Source: a virus
Taxonomy: Duplodnaviria > Caudoviricetes
IMG/VR virus record: IMGVR_UViG_3300005326_000040
Location: 256,001-320,000 of that record
Reading direction: 5' to 3' (one strand)
DNA: 64,000 nt
The translations under genes were made by a program, and so were the position numbers. Positions 62,232 to 64,000 of this stretch are shown here, one piece after another. Positions within the stretch are counted from its first letter, which is position 1; each line of letters starts with the position of its first letter. A model generated the notes under the pieces. That model saw only the letters and a program-made list of their open reading frames with translations. It did not search any database and was not told where the DNA came from.

Positions 62232-64000
62232 ATGTCAATTAATAAAGTTGCAGACGCAGATTTAGTTTCTCAAGTTAATTCTCTTTATGGTAAAGCTGCT
62301 CCTTCGCCAAAAGCTCCATCTGGTCCGGCTCAACCTGGGGCCGCTCGTCAACAAAGTGGTGGCTCCAGTGGTTCTAGCGACAAATATCTAAGCGGTCTTA
62401 TGGACCGTCTCAAGAAGCTTCCACCGCAGACCGTAGATGCCGTCAGAGCTATGCAGAAAGCATTATCTAATCTAGGCTCCGGCATTCTTCTTTGGGTTGA
62501 CAAACAAAAACTTCCTAAGGACCAAGCAAAGAAGTTTATGGATCTAAGCCAGAAAATTGGTCACACATATGGCGGGCACGCTTCGTTTACAAGCGAAGAT
62601 GGTGTCTGGGGTAAGATGACCGCTGAAGCTCTAAAAGCTGTAGATGATTTGATTGAGCTTATTAAGAAAACCGGCGGCAATATAAGTTCTCCAGGACAAC
62701 TCACCACACATTTATCTACTGGTGGACTTCCAGATCATGTTGCTATCAACCAGCGTGACGCTGTATATAATGAAGTTTATTCTACTAACATTCCTATTAT
62801 CAACGCTGTTCTTCGAAATTTTGGGTTCATGGGTAGCGAAGGTGTGGATGGAGCAGAACTTGATAGACTTCCTAGAACATTTGACGAAGCTATATCTAAT
62901 TTAGGAAAGACTCAAATTGTTAAAGATATTATGGATAAATCTCTGTTCCCTGTATTGGGACGAGATTTACGATCTCTTGGGACAGCAAAGGATCTTTTAA
63001 AGAAAAATGGTTATGAGCTTCCAAACCCAGCCCGAAAATTGGATTCTAAATTTCAGGTTCTAGAACAAAAGGTTCCATATACTGGAACACAGTATTCTAT
63101 TGGCGATATTAAAGTTGAAGACTTGGCTTCGTTTTTCGAGACCAACGGATATGTTACAAATTGGAAGAGTTTGATTGAATTAGAACAAAAACGTTATGCT
63201 GGTATCAAAAGCTCAATATTACGGCAGCCAGCGAGAAATATGAACATTAATGATGCTCCGCAAATGCGGGAGTTCGTGAAAAACGTCAATGAAGCTTTAA
63301 GTGTAGTGGATTCTAGTTTCAACGAAGCATTAAACAGTAACAACGGTCTTATTAAACAGAATGAGTTGGTTGGTTACTATCGCGCTTTACAACAGAGAAT
63401 TTCAGGGGCAGTAAATACGCTACAATCAAAGCTTGGATATGACTCATCTCAAGTGCGTGATTTAGCCATGTTTGTTCAAACTATGCCGCACAAAGCAATG
63501 TCTTATGAGCAGCTTTCTTATACCATCAGTCAAATAAAAGAAAACCCAACATCTATTTCTGTACCTAAACAGCTTGCTCAATATCTTGCGAAGATGCAGC
63601 AAACCAGAAAATCCGTTGGGTCGGACGCATGGACCGTTTCTCAACTTGAGTGGATGGTAAAAATGTTTGTTGAGAGATCAAGCTCTCAATTTGAGCGCGC
63701 AACAACTGACACAGAAAAATCTATTAAAAAGCAATACAAAAATTCTGTTGCTCGGTTGGTTCAACAACTCAATGCTATCAAAGCTTTTGCTAGAGAAAAA
63801 TTCGACGCAATGGGGCAGAGTGTAGCCGAAGAAACACTTGGTGGACTTATTGTTCCAGACACTATGCTTCTAAATGGTTTAAGCGGTGTTGATTCTTCTG
63901 GAACAGCATTGCAAAACAGAACAAACAAAGCGCCAAACTCACGAGGCAATGAAAATAATCCTTGGGGCACTGGTGCTTCTGGCCCTTCTGGCGGCCCAGG
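62232..64000 (+). CDS. 3'-truncated protein with a peptidoglycan-binding-like domain
   Basis: Frame is open from the ATG at 62232 to the window end (translated by hand, not in the track); INKVAD motif; AMQKAL..LG...EDGVWGKMT..AL matches PG_binding_1. Confidence 0.75.
   Translation, partial: MSINKVADADLVSQVNSLYGKAAPSPKAPSGPAQPGAARQQSGGSSGSSDKYLSGLMDRLKKLPPQTVDAVRAMQKALSNLGSGILLWVDKQKLPKDQAKKFMDLSQKIGHTYGGHASFTSEDGVWGKMTAEALKAVDDLIELIKKTGGNISSPGQLTTHLSTGGLPDHVAINQRDAVYNEVYSTNIPIINAVLRNFGFMGSEGVDGAELDRLPRTFDEAISNLGKTQIVKDIMDKSLFPVLGRDLRSLGTAKDLLKKNGYELPNPARKLDSKFQVLEQKVPYTGTQYSIGDIKVEDLASFFETNGYVTNWKSLIELEQKRYAGIKSSILRQPARNMNINDAPQMREFVKNVNEALSVVDSSFNEALNSNNGLIKQNELVGYYRALQQRISGAVNTLQSKLGYDSSQVRDLAMFVQTMPHKAMSYEQLSYTISQIKENPTSISVPKQLAQYLAKMQQTRKSVGSDAWTVSQLEWMVKMFVERSSSQFERATTDTEKSIKKQYKNSVARLVQQLNAIKAFAREKFDAMGQSVAEETLGGLIVPDTMLLNGLSGVDSSGTALQNRTNKAPNSRGNENNPWGTGASGPSGGP

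Noticed and set aside
478-63970. Numerous 60-150 aa antisense or alternate-frame ORFs in the track (e.g. 6462-6779, 17917-18261, 20490-20903, 23174-23617, 49583-49987, 49632-50093)
   Set aside because: They are fully nested in or opposite to well-supported genes, lack an SD and have atypical composition; they are shadow ORFs.
1-64000. Stop-codon reassignment as in some jumbo phages
   Set aside because: Conserved genes (dnaE, recA, sbcC, terL) are full length in code 11, and TAA, TAG and TGA all terminate genes at expected positions.
1-64000. Giant eukaryotic virus (NCLDV) or bacterial chromosome origin
   Set aside because: GpA-type terminase, portal, HK97-type protease, SD sequences and coupled operons indicate a tailed phage; no NCLDV hallmark genes or host housekeeping operons were seen.

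Overview
This window is a densely coding, AT-rich segment of a large (jumbo-type) tailed dsDNA bacteriophage genome that uses the standard code (TAA, TAG and TGA all act as stops). It has three blocks. (1) About 1-14 kb is accessory: S66 LD-carboxypeptidase, dUTPase, peptide deformylase with a SEC-C tail, thioredoxin, H1-like protein, Dps-like ferritin, membrane proteins and scattered probable virion proteins. (2) About 14-34.5 kb is replication, recombination and chaperones: primase zinc finger, SbcD/SbcC, dNMP kinase, Cas4-like nuclease, trigger factor, DnaE, UvsY-like and gp32-like proteins, RuvC-like resolvase, DnaJ, RecA, DnaG core and a sigma-region-4 HTH protein. (3) About 34.6-64 kb is a head/packaging module: TerL, portal, a 1106-aa prohead protease-scaffold, a cement-like protein and many unknown proteins. 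It is interrupted by a CCA-like nucleotidyltransferase, a CX5R phosphatase fusion and an inverted four-gene cassette (GMP reductase, RlaP-like nucleotidyltransferase, two paralogous Cys-rich membrane proteins). The most interesting unexplained pattern is three signals that mark largely the same genes: a hydrophobic-x-K/R-x-A-small protein motif (candidate prohead-protease cleavage site), a shared K-L-A-x2-L-x3-G-x4-A helix motif (candidate capsid-targeting signal) and a cBAATR-N6-HAT DNA motif often 14-17 nt upstream of the start codon (candidate late promoter). All assignments come from motif recognition by eye. No database searches or statistics were run. No tRNA, rRNA, CRISPR array, intein or major capsid gene was recognised.
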